From a virus: a DNA stretch of 64,000 nucleotides. Position numbers and translations under genes: made by a program. Below the pieces are notes generated by a model. That model ran no database searches. It was not told the origin of the DNA and was given only the letters and a program-made list of their open reading frames with translations. Position 1 is the stretch's first letter, and each line of letters begins with the position of its first letter. Below, in pieces: positions 1-9,356 of the stretch. The stretch lies in the IMG/VR virus record IMGVR_UViG_3300032087_002150, positions 87,661-151,660 of that record, one strand, 5' to 3'.

Positions 1-139
1 TTTTGTTAGGACGGTCAAGAGTCGGGTCTACCTGTAGTCCACAAATCAAATAATCACATTGGTCTTTGGCATCACGAAGCATTTGTACATGTCCAGCATG
101 CAGCAAATCAAAAGCACTACAAGTAAACCCAACTCTCAT
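1..139 (-). CDS. cytidylyltransferase (glycerol-3-phosphate CTase/TagD-like), N-terminal part, runs off window edge
   Basis: Not in the ORF track. Manual translation gives MRVGFTCSAFDLLHAGHVQMLRDAKDQCDYLICGLQVDP, with the FDxxHxGH motif. Its ATG overlaps the upstream stop (ATGA). Confidence 0.85.
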   Translation of the reverse strand, partial: MRVGFTCSAFDLLHAGHVQMLRDAKDQCDYLICGLQVDPTLDRPNK

Positions 140-1560
140 CCGAAAAACTCCTCAAGCGAACCTGCTTGTTGGAAAGCATTAGGATGATATTCCATCAACA
201 TGGACTTACCACCCTTCTTTTCAAGGTATTCATACCACTCAGTCTCATCCCACATGCCAGGGGAGACACCATTCCAATACTCGCGCCATAACTTATGCTC
301 TTTGTTAAGTCGGCGGTCATCAACGTATTGTTTACGATACGACTCATACTCCCAAGAACCCAACTTATCCATATCCTCGCGGAAGTAATATACCAGAGAC
401 ATACGCATCAAGTCATCTTCACCTGAGTCGGGTGCTTCGATAGGAGTGTTGCCATGGATCACTCGCATGTTATCAACGAGTAGCAGGTCTCCTGGTCGAA
501 CGTTGATAGCAACGCGAACCTCTGGACAAACAAGATAACCACCCTTCCAGTTTCGCTTACCGTCACTGATCACAGTCAGGTTTGAGAATCCTGGGACGAG
601 CGAACCTTGGTCACGGTGGCATGCCATACGTGCATTACGATCCTTGGTGGTTGTGTTCACTGTAATCGTAGTGAAGGTTGTATCCTCGCCGATCAAGAAA
701 CGGTTGTCCAATCTATCAGCAAATGCTTTCTGCTTGCTGTATCGTTCAGGAAGCAACTCGGCGAAAGTCTTGTCGAGTTTACGAGCGAACGGATATGACT
801 TCTCAAACTTCTCACGGTTGTGGTCAACGTATGAAGTCGCCCGACCATATGGGATACGTGGGTATCGACCATAGAAACCTGCGATACCTGACCAGATAGC
901 AGTCGCATAAGAAGTATCGGAGATCATGGTATCACGAACACGCTGAGCATATATTGATGCTGCATGAATATCTGGAGAATAACCAAGACCCTTGGTCAAC
1001 TCAGAAAGTCGCACCATTAGTTTCGGAAAGAACCCATCATACTCGCCGAACTCTTTCTCAATAGCAGTCGTCAACCAAACTTCGCCTCTCGCCTGCTCAT
1101 CGTTGCTGCTTTTAGCAATCTCTTCCAACGGATCAGATCCGTCGATGCTTGGCGGTTGCCCTTTGATGTACCAATCGAGGACTCTACTTTGAAACGCAGT
1201 GACCCACTCGCGACCATATGACTTGCCTTCCCTCGGACCTGCTGCTAGACCACGATTGTTCGACTCAACTGCTGCGCCATACAACCCTTCAAGAGCACCG
1301 TCCTGTTCTTCCTGAGTAAACACACCCTTGCGGAACTTAAACGCAATACGATCCTCGTTTAGAGTATCACCTGTCAACGAGTTACTCGGAAGATAAAAAT
1401 CTGTATCTCTATCAATCAAGATGTCATAGTGTTCCTCGTCAACAAACTGACCAAGGACTTTGTCTTCAGACTCTATGAAGTTAGCAATGTATACATCTTG
1501 ACCTTCGTCACCAGTGAACCAGTCCCAAGTGTAGTTTCCGTGTTTGATTTTTTCGTTCAT
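136..1560 (-). CDS. TET/JBP-family 2OG-Fe(II) dioxygenase (putative DNA pyrimidine hydroxylase)
   Basis: FTTITVN, CHRDQGS (HxD), PGDLLLVD, IHGNTP (distal His) and RMSLVYYFRE match the TET/JBP signature. Confidence 0.8.
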   Translation of the reverse strand: MNEKIKHGNYTWDWFTGDEGQDVYIANFIESEDKVLGQFVDEEHYDILIDRDTDFYLPSNSLTGDTLNEDRIAFKFRKGVFTQEEQDGALEGLYGAAVESNNRGLAAGPREGKSYGREWVTAFQSRVLDWYIKGQPPSIDGSDPLEEIAKSSNDEQARGEVWLTTAIEKEFGEYDGFFPKLMVRLSELTKGLGYSPDIHAASIYAQRVRDTMISDTSYATAIWSGIAGFYGRYPRIPYGRATSYVDHNREKFEKSYPFARKLDKTFAELLPERYSKQKAFADRLDNRFLIGEDTTFTTITVNTTTKDRNARMACHRDQGSLVPGFSNLTVISDGKRNWKGGYLVCPEVRVAINVRPGDLLLVDNMRVIHGNTPIEAPDSGEDDLMRMSLVYYFREDMDKLGSWEYESYRKQYVDDRRLNKEHKLWREYWNGVSPGMWDETEWYEYLEKKGGKSMLMEYHPNAFQQAGSLEEFFG

Positions 1561-1578
1561 AGTTCCTATTCTACTAAA

Positions 1579-1749
1579 TCACAAATCAAAAGTCAATACC
1601 TGAGAATCAACCATTGTAAACTTTTGACTTTTGGTTCGTATCTCTAATCCGTTGTATTTATGTTTGATCCCGTTTTCAGTCATTTCCTTAGATAAAGAGG
1701 CGAGGTCATTGTACTTCATTGATTTCTTCTTGGGAATATATTTCTTCAT
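1579..1749 (-). CDS. small basic hypothetical protein (56 aa)
   Basis: Manual translation MKKYIPKKKSMKYNDLASLS...QVLTFDL. It fills the gap and has an ATGA overlap with the upstream gene. Confidence 0.55.
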   Translation of the reverse strand: MKKYIPKKKSMKYNDLASLSKEMTENGIKHKYNGLEIRTKSQKFTMVDSQVLTFDL

Positions 1750-2261
1750 TTATTATGTTTCTTTGCACCTTTAAGGTACTCATTACCACAATCAGAATGC
1801 GGTCCATTGGCATCAACGTAATGTAAGAAGGATTGGTAAACCATACCATCTGGATTAGAATCTCTCCAGTGCATCAATGGGCGGTGGTATACTACTGCGT
1901 CACCTTGTTCCATAGCATATGAACCACCATCCCAATGAAACTCCCAAGGAGATTTTTCATTGCGAAGGCAAACAGTGACACTGACTTGACAAGCAGGACG
2001 ATCGCTGTGCTTCTCTAAGGTTTCTCCTACGGAATATATTCTACAATAGTCGTAAGTTGGAATGAGTTCTAATCCAGTAATAGATTCCATCTTCTCGAGA
2101 GAATCTTCTAGTAAGTCCCAGTTTGCACCATAGATTGCCCAAGAGTTTCTACATTGACCGTCATCAAACTGCATATTTTCTTTCATGCTTTCCATTCTAT
2201 CTGCGTATTGATTCGCAGTGTCAATGTCCAAGAACCCTTTTACGACTTGCGCGAGTTTCAT
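1746..2261 (-). CDS. 2OG-Fe(II) oxygenase (prolyl-hydroxylase-like)
   Basis: LEKHSDRPACQVSVT (HxD), GDAVVY, HWRD and QSFLHYV. Confidence 0.8.
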   Translation of the reverse strand: MKLAQVVKGFLDIDTANQYADRMESMKENMQFDDGQCRNSWAIYGANWDLLEDSLEKMESITGLELIPTYDYCRIYSVGETLEKHSDRPACQVSVTVCLRNEKSPWEFHWDGGSYAMEQGDAVVYHRPLMHWRDSNPDGMVYQSFLHYVDANGPHSDCGNEYLKGAKKHNK

Positions 2262-3976
2262 GCTGCTATCTTCGAGAAGTTTTTATCTTTAACGAACTCA
2301 ATCTTAGAGTCGAACTTACCCTCAAGCATTTCACCTTTGTGTGAAATGATAAACACATTGGTATCTTCGCCGAGAGTATGAATAATCTTCATTAGGTTTT
2401 CGATACCTGCTTCATCTAGCGATGAGTCGAACGTCTCATCAAGGATGAGAAGATTAGTACTGATACTGTTCTTCATCTTAGCAACCTGTCGCCAAGTAAA
2501 CAAGAGCGCCAAGTCGATACGTTGCTTCTCGCCCTCAGAGAAAGAGTCATAGGTAAACGAATCACGGTGGCGCGATCGTATAGTTTCTTGGAAACTTTCG
2601 TTAAGGTCAAAGTGAACATAGAAGTCTAGGATAGACAGATACTGATTGACGAGCTTGTTGATAACAGGCAAGTATTGTTTTACGATTTTAGTTTTGATGC
2701 CAGTATCCTTCAGCATCTCTGCTATCACACTGTTGTATGCTGCTGTATCATTTAGTTTATTTCTAGTGTCCATCAACTCATGGTATTCTTTTACTAGAAC
2801 ATCATAATCGTCGTTCGCCTTAGCAAGATCTGATTTATCATCGGACAAGTTTTCAATGTCGTACTCAGCAATCTGTATTTCCGAGTTACACTTGTTAATC
2901 AAATCTTGATGCGTTTGTATCTCGTTTCTCCATTCTTGATTCTGACTTGACCTAGACTCGCCTTCAGCAAGACGCTCGGTTACTTCTGCTGTTTCCTCTG
3001 TGATTTTAGCAAGAGATGATTGAAACTCTGTTGCTGTGACTTTTGCTTGCTCGATTTTCCCTCTTTTGAGTTGCTCGTCGATGTCTTGCTCACAGGTGGG
3101 GCAGGTCTGGTTGTTCTCATAGAATCGTGTTTCCTTGACTAATGCTTTGATTTTAGTTTTTATTTCAGTATTGGCAGATTGAAGATCGACCAAAGCAGAT
3201 CTCGCTTGAGTGAGTTCTTCTTCTAATCCTATACTGTTCCCAGAGATTTTATCAGTCAGTTCTGTGATGCTATTAATATGTGATTCTTTCTCATCCTTGT
3301 ATCGTTGGATGAGTTCTTCTTTTTCCTGTTTAGCATCATGATTGAGTTTAGAGATATCGCGAATGTATTTCTTTTGTGCTTCAGTTTTGGTTTCGTTAAT
3401 CTCAATGTCATGGTATGCTTGATTAATCTTTTCTTTCAATGCTGAGTTTCGTTCTTTCAGCAACGCATTCATCTTAGAGAACACGCCGATATCAAGTAGA
3501 TCTTCGATCACTTCCCTACGGTTGAACGCAGACAGTTGCATAAATGGAGTGAAGGAAGAAGAACCAAGTACCACTACCTGATGAAATGTTTTATGGGTCA
3601 ACTTCAGAATATTCTGCTCTAGGACTTTTTGATATTCTTTGTTGTGAGAGTTTTGATTGAGCAGAGTACCGTCAACATATATCTCAAACTTCGCAGGTTT
3701 TAATCCACGAAACACCCTGTACTTTTTAGCACCGATAGTAAACTCCACCTCTACTTCACACTTCTTATCGTTGACCGAGTTGACCAGTTGTGGTTTATTT
3801 ATGTTTCTGTGCGCTTTGCCGAACAATGCGAACGAGATAGCATCGAGCATAGTTGATTTACCCGAACCGTTTTGTCCAACAACTAATGTGTGTTTGCTCG
3901 CATCTAAACTTATATCCGTCCAGTTGTTACCAGTGGACAAAAAGTTTTTGTATCTAACCGATGTGAAATATATCAT
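2258..3976 (-). CDS. gp46: recombination endonuclease ATPase subunit (Rad50/SbcC-like)
   Basis: Walker A GQNGSGKST, CPTC zinc hook, FSEGEKQR signature, ILDETFD Walker B. Confidence 0.97.
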   Translation of the reverse strand: MIYFTSVRYKNFLSTGNNWTDISLDASKHTLVVGQNGSGKSTMLDAISFALFGKAHRNINKPQLVNSVNDKKCEVEVEFTIGAKKYRVFRGLKPAKFEIYVDGTLLNQNSHNKEYQKVLEQNILKLTHKTFHQVVVLGSSSFTPFMQLSAFNRREVIEDLLDIGVFSKMNALLKERNSALKEKINQAYHDIEINETKTEAQKKYIRDISKLNHDAKQEKEELIQRYKDEKESHINSITELTDKISGNSIGLEEELTQARSALVDLQSANTEIKTKIKALVKETRFYENNQTCPTCEQDIDEQLKRGKIEQAKVTATEFQSSLAKITEETAEVTERLAEGESRSSQNQEWRNEIQTHQDLINKCNSEIQIAEYDIENLSDDKSDLAKANDDYDVLVKEYHELMDTRNKLNDTAAYNSVIAEMLKDTGIKTKIVKQYLPVINKLVNQYLSILDFYVHFDLNESFQETIRSRHRDSFTYDSFSEGEKQRIDLALLFTWRQVAKMKNSISTNLLILDETFDSSLDEAGIENLMKIIHTLGEDTNVFIISHKGEMLEGKFDSKIEFVKDKNFSKIAA

Positions 3977-4227
3977 AAGACAGGGAACCTTTCTATCAGA
4001 TCATAGAACCCACCAATGAGTTCATCGTCAACCCAAACAATTGGTAAGGGTTTATCACTAACCCAATATTTTGCGACTTCTTCCGGAGGATTTTTTGCCA
4101 TTCCAATATCAAACTTTAGAAACTTGTATTCTATTTCTAAAAGTCTACAGTGCATTTCGCAACGTTTTGACCAAGCACAAATATCCTCACCAAATGGGCC
4201 AGTCATGCCAACTATTACAACCATCAA
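3973..4227 (-). CDS. glutaredoxin-like protein (atypical CAWS site)
   Basis: C-terminal PIVWVDDELIGGFYDL is the glutaredoxin cis-Pro/GG motif. The active-site position reads CAWS. Confidence 0.6.
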   Translation of the reverse strand: MMVVIVGMTGPFGEDICAWSKRCEMHCRLLEIEYKFLKFDIGMAKNPPEEVAKYWVSDKPLPIVWVDDELIGGFYDLIERFPVL

Positions 4228-5285
4228 GAGATTTCCATAGTTTGCGCTTCTACCATCAAGTCTGTCATTTCTTTCTTGATACGTTCTTTATCTAAGATAG
4301 TTTCAACGTTGTCAACATACTGTGATAGCAAAGTAGATGTATCTTCAACTTCAAGTCCTTCGTCGCTTACCGACTCACCAGTAAACTCATTGAAGTCCTC
4401 TTGTATTTTAAGATCATAGATATCGCGTTGCTGAATCCTGTCGATGAATCTCTCGAAAGTAAACCCATCGGTCTTATTAATCACAACAACCTTCACGAAC
4501 CTCTTGTCCAGTATGGACAAGTCCATCTCGTTGTAATCTTCCTTCTCATCATCATAGCGAATGCGATGGAAAAGTGTCAGCGGATTACGAACAGGAGTTA
4601 GTTCGCGAGTCTCAGTATCAAACACATGAAAGAACTTGTCATCATGTGCATCATTCCAAAAGAACTCCATCTGAGAACCAAGGTAATGAATGTTGCCTTG
4701 ATTAGACTTACAGTGATAATGTCCAGAGAGTACCAACTCAAACCTGCGTAGATTATCAGTAGACATACCGTGAGTACAAGGCACGCCCCGAAGCATATCA
4801 AACCCATTCAACTCAAAGTGACCGCCTACAACATCTGCCTTACAGTTTACTAGAAACTCATTTATTTCTTCCTCATTGTCTTGGCATATCCAAGGAACCA
4901 AAGCAAACTTCAACCCATCATAATCAAGGACAGTTGCTTGTTGTACAATGTTCACCTCGTTCATGTAATGACCGAGCAGTTCCTTCAATGAGTTGAGTTC
5001 GTTGGTATTCTTATAATAGGTGTCATGATTACCAGGAATGATGTCCATCGTAATCTTATCTTTACGCAACCTTTCAAGAAACACCTTACGATTACTGTTC
5101 AGTGCTTTGAAGTTAATGAACCTTCGGTGTTCGTAATAGTCACCAAGGTGCACGATATGTTTGATGTCGTTCTCTTCCAGATATGGAAAGAACACTTCGT
5201 TATAGAAGCGTTCTTGGTAATCTATAAAAATATCTGAAGAGTTCCTGATACCACAATGGGTATCGTTTAGTATGGCAAACTTCAA
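4224..5285 (-). CDS. gp47: recombination endonuclease nuclease subunit (Mre11/SbcD-like)
   Basis: DTHCG, HLGD, GNHD and SGHYH metallophosphoesterase motifs, next to gp46. Confidence 0.97.
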   Translation of the reverse strand: MKFAILNDTHCGIRNSSDIFIDYQERFYNEVFFPYLEENDIKHIVHLGDYYEHRRFINFKALNSNRKVFLERLRKDKITMDIIPGNHDTYYKNTNELNSLKELLGHYMNEVNIVQQATVLDYDGLKFALVPWICQDNEEEINEFLVNCKADVVGGHFELNGFDMLRGVPCTHGMSTDNLRRFELVLSGHYHCKSNQGNIHYLGSQMEFFWNDAHDDKFFHVFDTETRELTPVRNPLTLFHRIRYDDEKEDYNEMDLSILDKRFVKVVVINKTDGFTFERFIDRIQQRDIYDLKIQEDFNEFTGESVSDEGLEVEDTSTLLSQYVDNVETILDKERIKKEMTDLMVEAQTMEIS

Positions 5286-5287
5286 AA

Positions 5288-5884
5288 CTATTCCTCTAGG
5301 AATTCTGTGAGGTCTGAGTCAACTTGATATGATTTTTTACGATTAGCGACCTTGGTCACTTTCTTATACTCATCAACTGCTTTGTCTTTTTCTTTCACGT
5401 CATCAATGCGGCGACGAAGATTATCAACAAAGGACTGCACTGCTTTTGCTACTTGCGGATCTTCGTCAGGGTCAACCATAAACTCTTCGATGCCTGACTC
5501 AGCAAGGAACTTTAGTTTTACGTCTTGTTGTTTCTTTTCTTTCTTGATACGACGAATGAACGCAAACCAAGAGATCTGAGTAAAGTATCCGAATGCGTTT
5601 GGTTTACCCTTTCTAGTTGCTGCTTCAATGTTGTAGTTCCCCACAGCATTCAAACAGTTTTCAACTGCGTCCATCACCATTTCTTCACGATAGGTGTATC
5701 GGACAAAGTTTGATTTATGCGAAAGACCTTCAGCAATTTTTAGAAAGCAGCGAGCAATGTAATCGGTAACCATCGGATCGGGTTGATTCTTTTCCCTCGC
5801 CTCTCTAACGGTCTTTACATAATCTACGACTGCTTGTGAAAACTCTTTGTTATTCACATAATGTGGACGTTCGCTCGGTTTCAT
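5288..5884 (-). CDS. gp55: late transcription sigma factor
   Basis: HYVNNKEF, IAEGLSHKSNFVRYTYREEMVMDAVENC, NAFGYFTQI, plus synteny. Confidence 0.95.
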   Translation of the reverse strand: MKPSERPHYVNNKEFSQAVVDYVKTVREAREKNQPDPMVTDYIARCFLKIAEGLSHKSNFVRYTYREEMVMDAVENCLNAVGNYNIEAATRKGKPNAFGYFTQISWFAFIRRIKKEKKQQDVKLKFLAESGIEEFMVDPDEDPQVAKAVQSFVDNLRRRIDDVKEKDKAVDEYKKVTKVANRKKSYQVDSDLTEFLEE

Positions 5885-5937
5885 AATAACTCCAAAAAAT
5901 ACAACAAATAATATTGTACTCTAAAATGATTGAAATG

Positions 5938-6327
5938 TCAATCTTTTGGTTTAAACGTGACTACATTGTTTTCGAGAGGAGTTTTGGGTACTGGTTCGCC
6001 GTTACCCAATGCCTCTTGAATAGTCTTACAAGAAGTTAGATACTGATCTATGAGAGAATCTGCTGGTGTGCAAAGGCAGACTACTGATATTGGGTTTACT
6101 GCGCAATGAGTTTCTAAGTTTTCAGTGTATGCAATAAACGGTTTCATCACATAATAGTTTCTTCCCTCAATAACTTCAAGGTCGTCATAATCAAGATCAT
6201 CCAGTTCGTTAACAGTTACCGCATAGTTCAACGTAAAAGAATTTTCATCTTGCTCAATCATTTGAGCAATGACGACGTCCCCTGTATTGAGAAGGAATTG
6301 CCCGATAGAAGGTCTACTGATATTCAT
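5938..6327 (-). CDS. conserved hypothetical protein between uvsW and gp55
   Basis: Clean ORF overlapping the uvsW stop, in a slot typically occupied in marine T4-like phages. Confidence 0.6.
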   Translation of the reverse strand: MNISRPSIGQFLLNTGDVVIAQMIEQDENSFTLNYAVTVNELDDLDYDDLEVIEGRNYYVMKPFIAYTENLETHCAVNPISVVCLCTPADSLIDQYLTSCKTIQEALGNGEPVPKTPLENNVVTFKPKD

Positions 6328-7787
6328 ATATGCACCTTGTGTAGTTCAAAGTCAAACTTCTCTCTATTGTAGATCTTGATCCGCTCGCCTGAGTGATTCA
6401 AAGTGAAGTTCTTTTTCGACTGCCATTGTAAGTCGTCGCAGAGATCATAGAGTTTTGTGTCTTGACCATTGTCTGCTTTTCTAAGTCCTCTACCGATTGA
6501 CTGTAGAACTTTGACTTGTGATTTAGATGGACTTGCAAAAATAATGTTATGGAGGTTCCTAATGTTAATACCAGTAGAAAAAGTGCCAAGACTTGCAACG
6601 ATGATAGCATTTTTTGATCCCTCTACGATTCCCCGTATTGATTCTCTATCCGAAACGTCAGTACCGCCATGTACATAGAAAACACTGTCAAACTTTTCTT
6701 TTATTAACTTATGGAGCACTTCACCATGCTTCTCAACAAACTGAAAGAGAACTAGAGTGTTGCCTGTTTGAGTCAATGCGAGATTGCGTATCAAATTGTT
6801 TCTAGGTTCATATCCAACAAGGAAGTCCACTTCTTCCTGATAAGTTCTCCCTACATTCATTCTACGCAGTTCTTTCGGATAGTCAAGAACTAATACATCT
6901 ATTTTTAGTTTAGCGAGAGTGCCCTGATCTTGTAGGTCGCGAGTGAAGGTCACTCTCTTGGTTGGTCCGAATAATCCCTCAAGCACAAGTTTATTCACCT
7001 GAGTTCCGTCGAGCGTTCCTGTTGTACCAAACCTATAATCTGCCTCGAGGCATTTATTCATCAGGGTTGTTAATGACTTCGCCTTAAATAAGTGACACTC
7101 GTCGCCAAACACACAACCGAACTGCTCGAACCATTCTTTGCCCAAGCGATAGACTGACTGCCAAGTTGTGATGACTACCCTCTTGTCAGTCTTTTTATCT
7201 TTGCCTGAGTATATGATATGACATTCCTCAGGAGAGTCGAATCCATAGTCCTCAAAGTCCTTGTACATCTGCTCAACCAACGATGTTGTTGGCACGACTA
7301 TTAGTACCGACTTCTCATGTTGATCAAGATACCAACGCATTAGGTTATAGATTATGAACGACTTACCAGAACCTGTCGGTGACAGCAAGAGGCAGCGTTT
7401 GCGTTCTATACCGTGTACGATAGCATCATACTGATAGTCGCGAGGAGCGAAAGGCATTCCCCACATTGCTTGAGAAGCAACTAACTTCTGATGATCCACC
7501 TTGTTAGTTGCATTGGGTAGACCGTAGGGACTGTCCTTCAACTGTATATGGTAGTGACGATCTGCTGCGAACCTACAAAGTTTCGTATACAATCCAACGT
7601 TGAGTTCACAAGTCAGCGAGTTGAACAAACGAATCTTACCGTCCCACTGTCTGCGCCGCACAGCAGGCATAAACTTAGCACCAGGAACGTTGAATGAAAA
7701 ATACTCACTCAGCTCGTGCCGAACTCCTGGTTCGCAGAGAACTGCCATCATAGAATGGTTCTGCATTTGAAGAGTGAGTGTTGCCAC
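6324..7787 (-). CDS. uvsW: SF2 RNA-DNA/DNA-DNA helicase UvsW
   Basis: SPTGSGKS, DECH, TGT and QSIGRGLR motifs. Confidence 0.96.
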   Translation of the reverse strand: MATLTLQMQNHSMMAVLCEPGVRHELSEYFSFNVPGAKFMPAVRRRQWDGKIRLFNSLTCELNVGLYTKLCRFAADRHYHIQLKDSPYGLPNATNKVDHQKLVASQAMWGMPFAPRDYQYDAIVHGIERKRCLLLSPTGSGKSFIIYNLMRWYLDQHEKSVLIVVPTTSLVEQMYKDFEDYGFDSPEECHIIYSGKDKKTDKRVVITTWQSVYRLGKEWFEQFGCVFGDECHLFKAKSLTTLMNKCLEADYRFGTTGTLDGTQVNKLVLEGLFGPTKRVTFTRDLQDQGTLAKLKIDVLVLDYPKELRRMNVGRTYQEEVDFLVGYEPRNNLIRNLALTQTGNTLVLFQFVEKHGEVLHKLIKEKFDSVFYVHGGTDVSDRESIRGIVEGSKNAIIVASLGTFSTGINIRNLHNIIFASPSKSQVKVLQSIGRGLRKADNGQDTKLYDLCDDLQWQSKKNFTLNHSGERIKIYNREKFDFELHKVHI

Positions 7788-7984
7788 TAGATACCGTAGA
7801 TGTCTTTTCTAAAATCTTCACTTTTACCAAACTGCGCTGCTGCTTCTTCTTTCGCTTTCGCTAGAACGATAGGCGAGTTTGGCTTACGTTTCGCTCGATA
7901 AGAACCATGCGAACTTAACTTTGCTCTCTTTCTAACTTTCAGACTGACTTTCATCGTCTTCGACATATCGCTTCCACACTCCAT
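7787..7984 (-). CDS. small basic hypothetical protein (true start probably 7966, MSKTMKV)
   Basis: Lys/Arg-rich ORF within the operon. Confidence 0.5.
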   Translation of the reverse strand: MECGSDMSKTMKVSLKVRKRAKLSSHGSYRAKRKPNSPIVLAKAKEEAAAQFGKSEDFRKDIYGI

Positions 7985-8312
7985 CTGTTGTCAATTTAAA
8001 ACATGCTATAAAAAAATCAGGGCGAGTGTTACTCGTCCATTCTTCAGGGGCAATCATACTCATAACATCTTGCCCTTTATTATTGTACAGATAATACTTC
8101 TTCCCAATGATGGGAGTAACGCCGATAGCAGCATTCTCCACACGTGTAGTATCTTGTACCAGTTTCACAAGAGCATCATACTCCTCTTGTAACTTTTCTA
8201 TCCTGCCTTCTATATATTGGTTTCCCTTCAGTGGGTTGCCATGGTCAACGATAGCAGGAAAAGAAGGTGTCGTACCATAAGCGAGCAGAGATTTTTTATC
8301 CCCCTGACTCAA
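7932..8312 (-). CDS. DUF2452-like protein
   Basis: TPIIGKKYYLY...SMIAPEEW...DGVW pattern recalled from the DUF2452 family. Confidence 0.6.
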   Translation of the reverse strand: MSQGDKKSLLAYGTTPSFPAIVDHGNPLKGNQYIEGRIEKLQEEYDALVKLVQDTTRVENAAIGVTPIIGKKYYLYNNKGQDVMSMIAPEEWTSNTRPDFFIACFKLTTDGVWKRYVEDDESQSES

Positions 8313-8736
8313 ACCTTCGTACCTCTATGATATTTCGAATGTGTTGATGACGCCACTTTATACCCTCTACCATTTCCTTCAACGCATCAACCATTGCTTT
8401 ATAGTAAGCAATCTTTTGCTCGCTCTGCTGTATCTCTTTATCACTGTCATAATAATAACTGAGATCGCCTTTCATAATCTTCAAACCATCGAAAGGATCA
8501 TGTTCCCACCCAAGCGAGTTTATTTCTTCTTGAGACAGTTTTCCGTTATACCAAAGGAACTTATTCTTCAACAACACTTGTTGATTCGATTCCGCTCTCT
8601 TCAATAGAAGTTTCGCTTGGGTCAAATAACCCAGATACTTTGCGTGTAGTTTTGGTGTGTCACGAGAACAATCATCTAACTTATGGGATATCTCACAATC
8701 TTGCGACCATTGCGCAAGAATATCATCAAGATTCAT
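8296..8736 (-). CDS. uvsY: recombination mediator UvsY
   Basis: PKLHAKYL, WYNGK, IRNIIEVRRFESG, plus synteny. Confidence 0.9.
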   Translation of the reverse strand: MNLDDILAQWSQDCEISHKLDDCSRDTPKLHAKYLGYLTQAKLLLKRAESNQQVLLKNKFLWYNGKLSQEEINSLGWEHDPFDGLKIMKGDLSYYYDSDKEIQQSEQKIAYYKAMVDALKEMVEGIKWRHQHIRNIIEVRRFESGG

Positions 8737-8739
8737 ACT

Positions 8740-9258
8740 TTACTCTATTTCAAAATAACTAAACCTGAAACTCGCTGGGAAACTGACATACTCAACTCCT
8801 TGGTTCTGCGCCTCAAACTGAATGTCGCCGATAGCAACTGGGATACAGTCTCTATACTTAAACAGTTTGTTTTTATTGTTCGCGCTGTTGAGTGCAGTGA
8901 TTACTATGTCAGCATATGTTGGTGTAGTGCTACTTGATCCACCAAAGTCATTTCTCTTGGCGATCTGTTCATTGTTAACCAACCTTAACATCCAATCATA
9001 CAACTCAGTGTAGGAGTTTAAATCCTCATCTAACAACACGTTCATCGTCAGTTCGCCGTACTGCATTTGGTTTCCTGGCATAGGAACACCTGCTATACGT
9101 TGGTATGGTGTTTCAGCTGCTGGGTTTGATGCTCCAGGATGATTGATAGATTGTACGAAAAACTCAAGATTCGCATAATTCTGACGATCAATGATGACCC
9201 GAAACCCAGTCGGTTGAAAAAGGTTGATGTTGGTTGTTAAATTGTTGGACATGTACAC
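8740..9258 (-). CDS. gp3: tail tube terminator/completion protein
   Basis: NLFQPTGF, FFVQSINHPG, LLDEDLNSYTELYDWM, FRFSYFEI. Confidence 0.88.
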   Translation of the reverse strand: MYMSNNLTTNINLFQPTGFRVIIDRQNYANLEFFVQSINHPGASNPAAETPYQRIAGVPMPGNQMQYGELTMNVLLDEDLNSYTELYDWMLRLVNNEQIAKRNDFGGSSSTTPTYADIVITALNSANNKNKLFKYRDCIPVAIGDIQFEAQNQGVEYVSFPASFRFSYFEIE

Positions 9259-9286
9259 TTTCCCTATTGAAAGGTCTATTCTATAC

Positions 9287-9294
9287 TATTTAGG
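9287..9294 (-). promoter_or_regulatory. late promoter variant (CCTAAATA) for gp3
   Basis: Follows the terminator, about 30 nt before the gp3 start. Confidence 0.55.
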
Positions 9295-9314
9295 CATAAA
9301 AGTCAATAGGGTAT

Positions 9315-9338
9315 AAAAAATGCCCCAAAAGGGGCATT
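9315..9338 (-). terminator. intrinsic terminator
   Basis: Minus strand AATGCCCC-TTTT-GGGGCATT followed by a T tract. Confidence 0.8.
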
Positions 9339-9356
9339 CTCTCTCAAGATAAAAGT

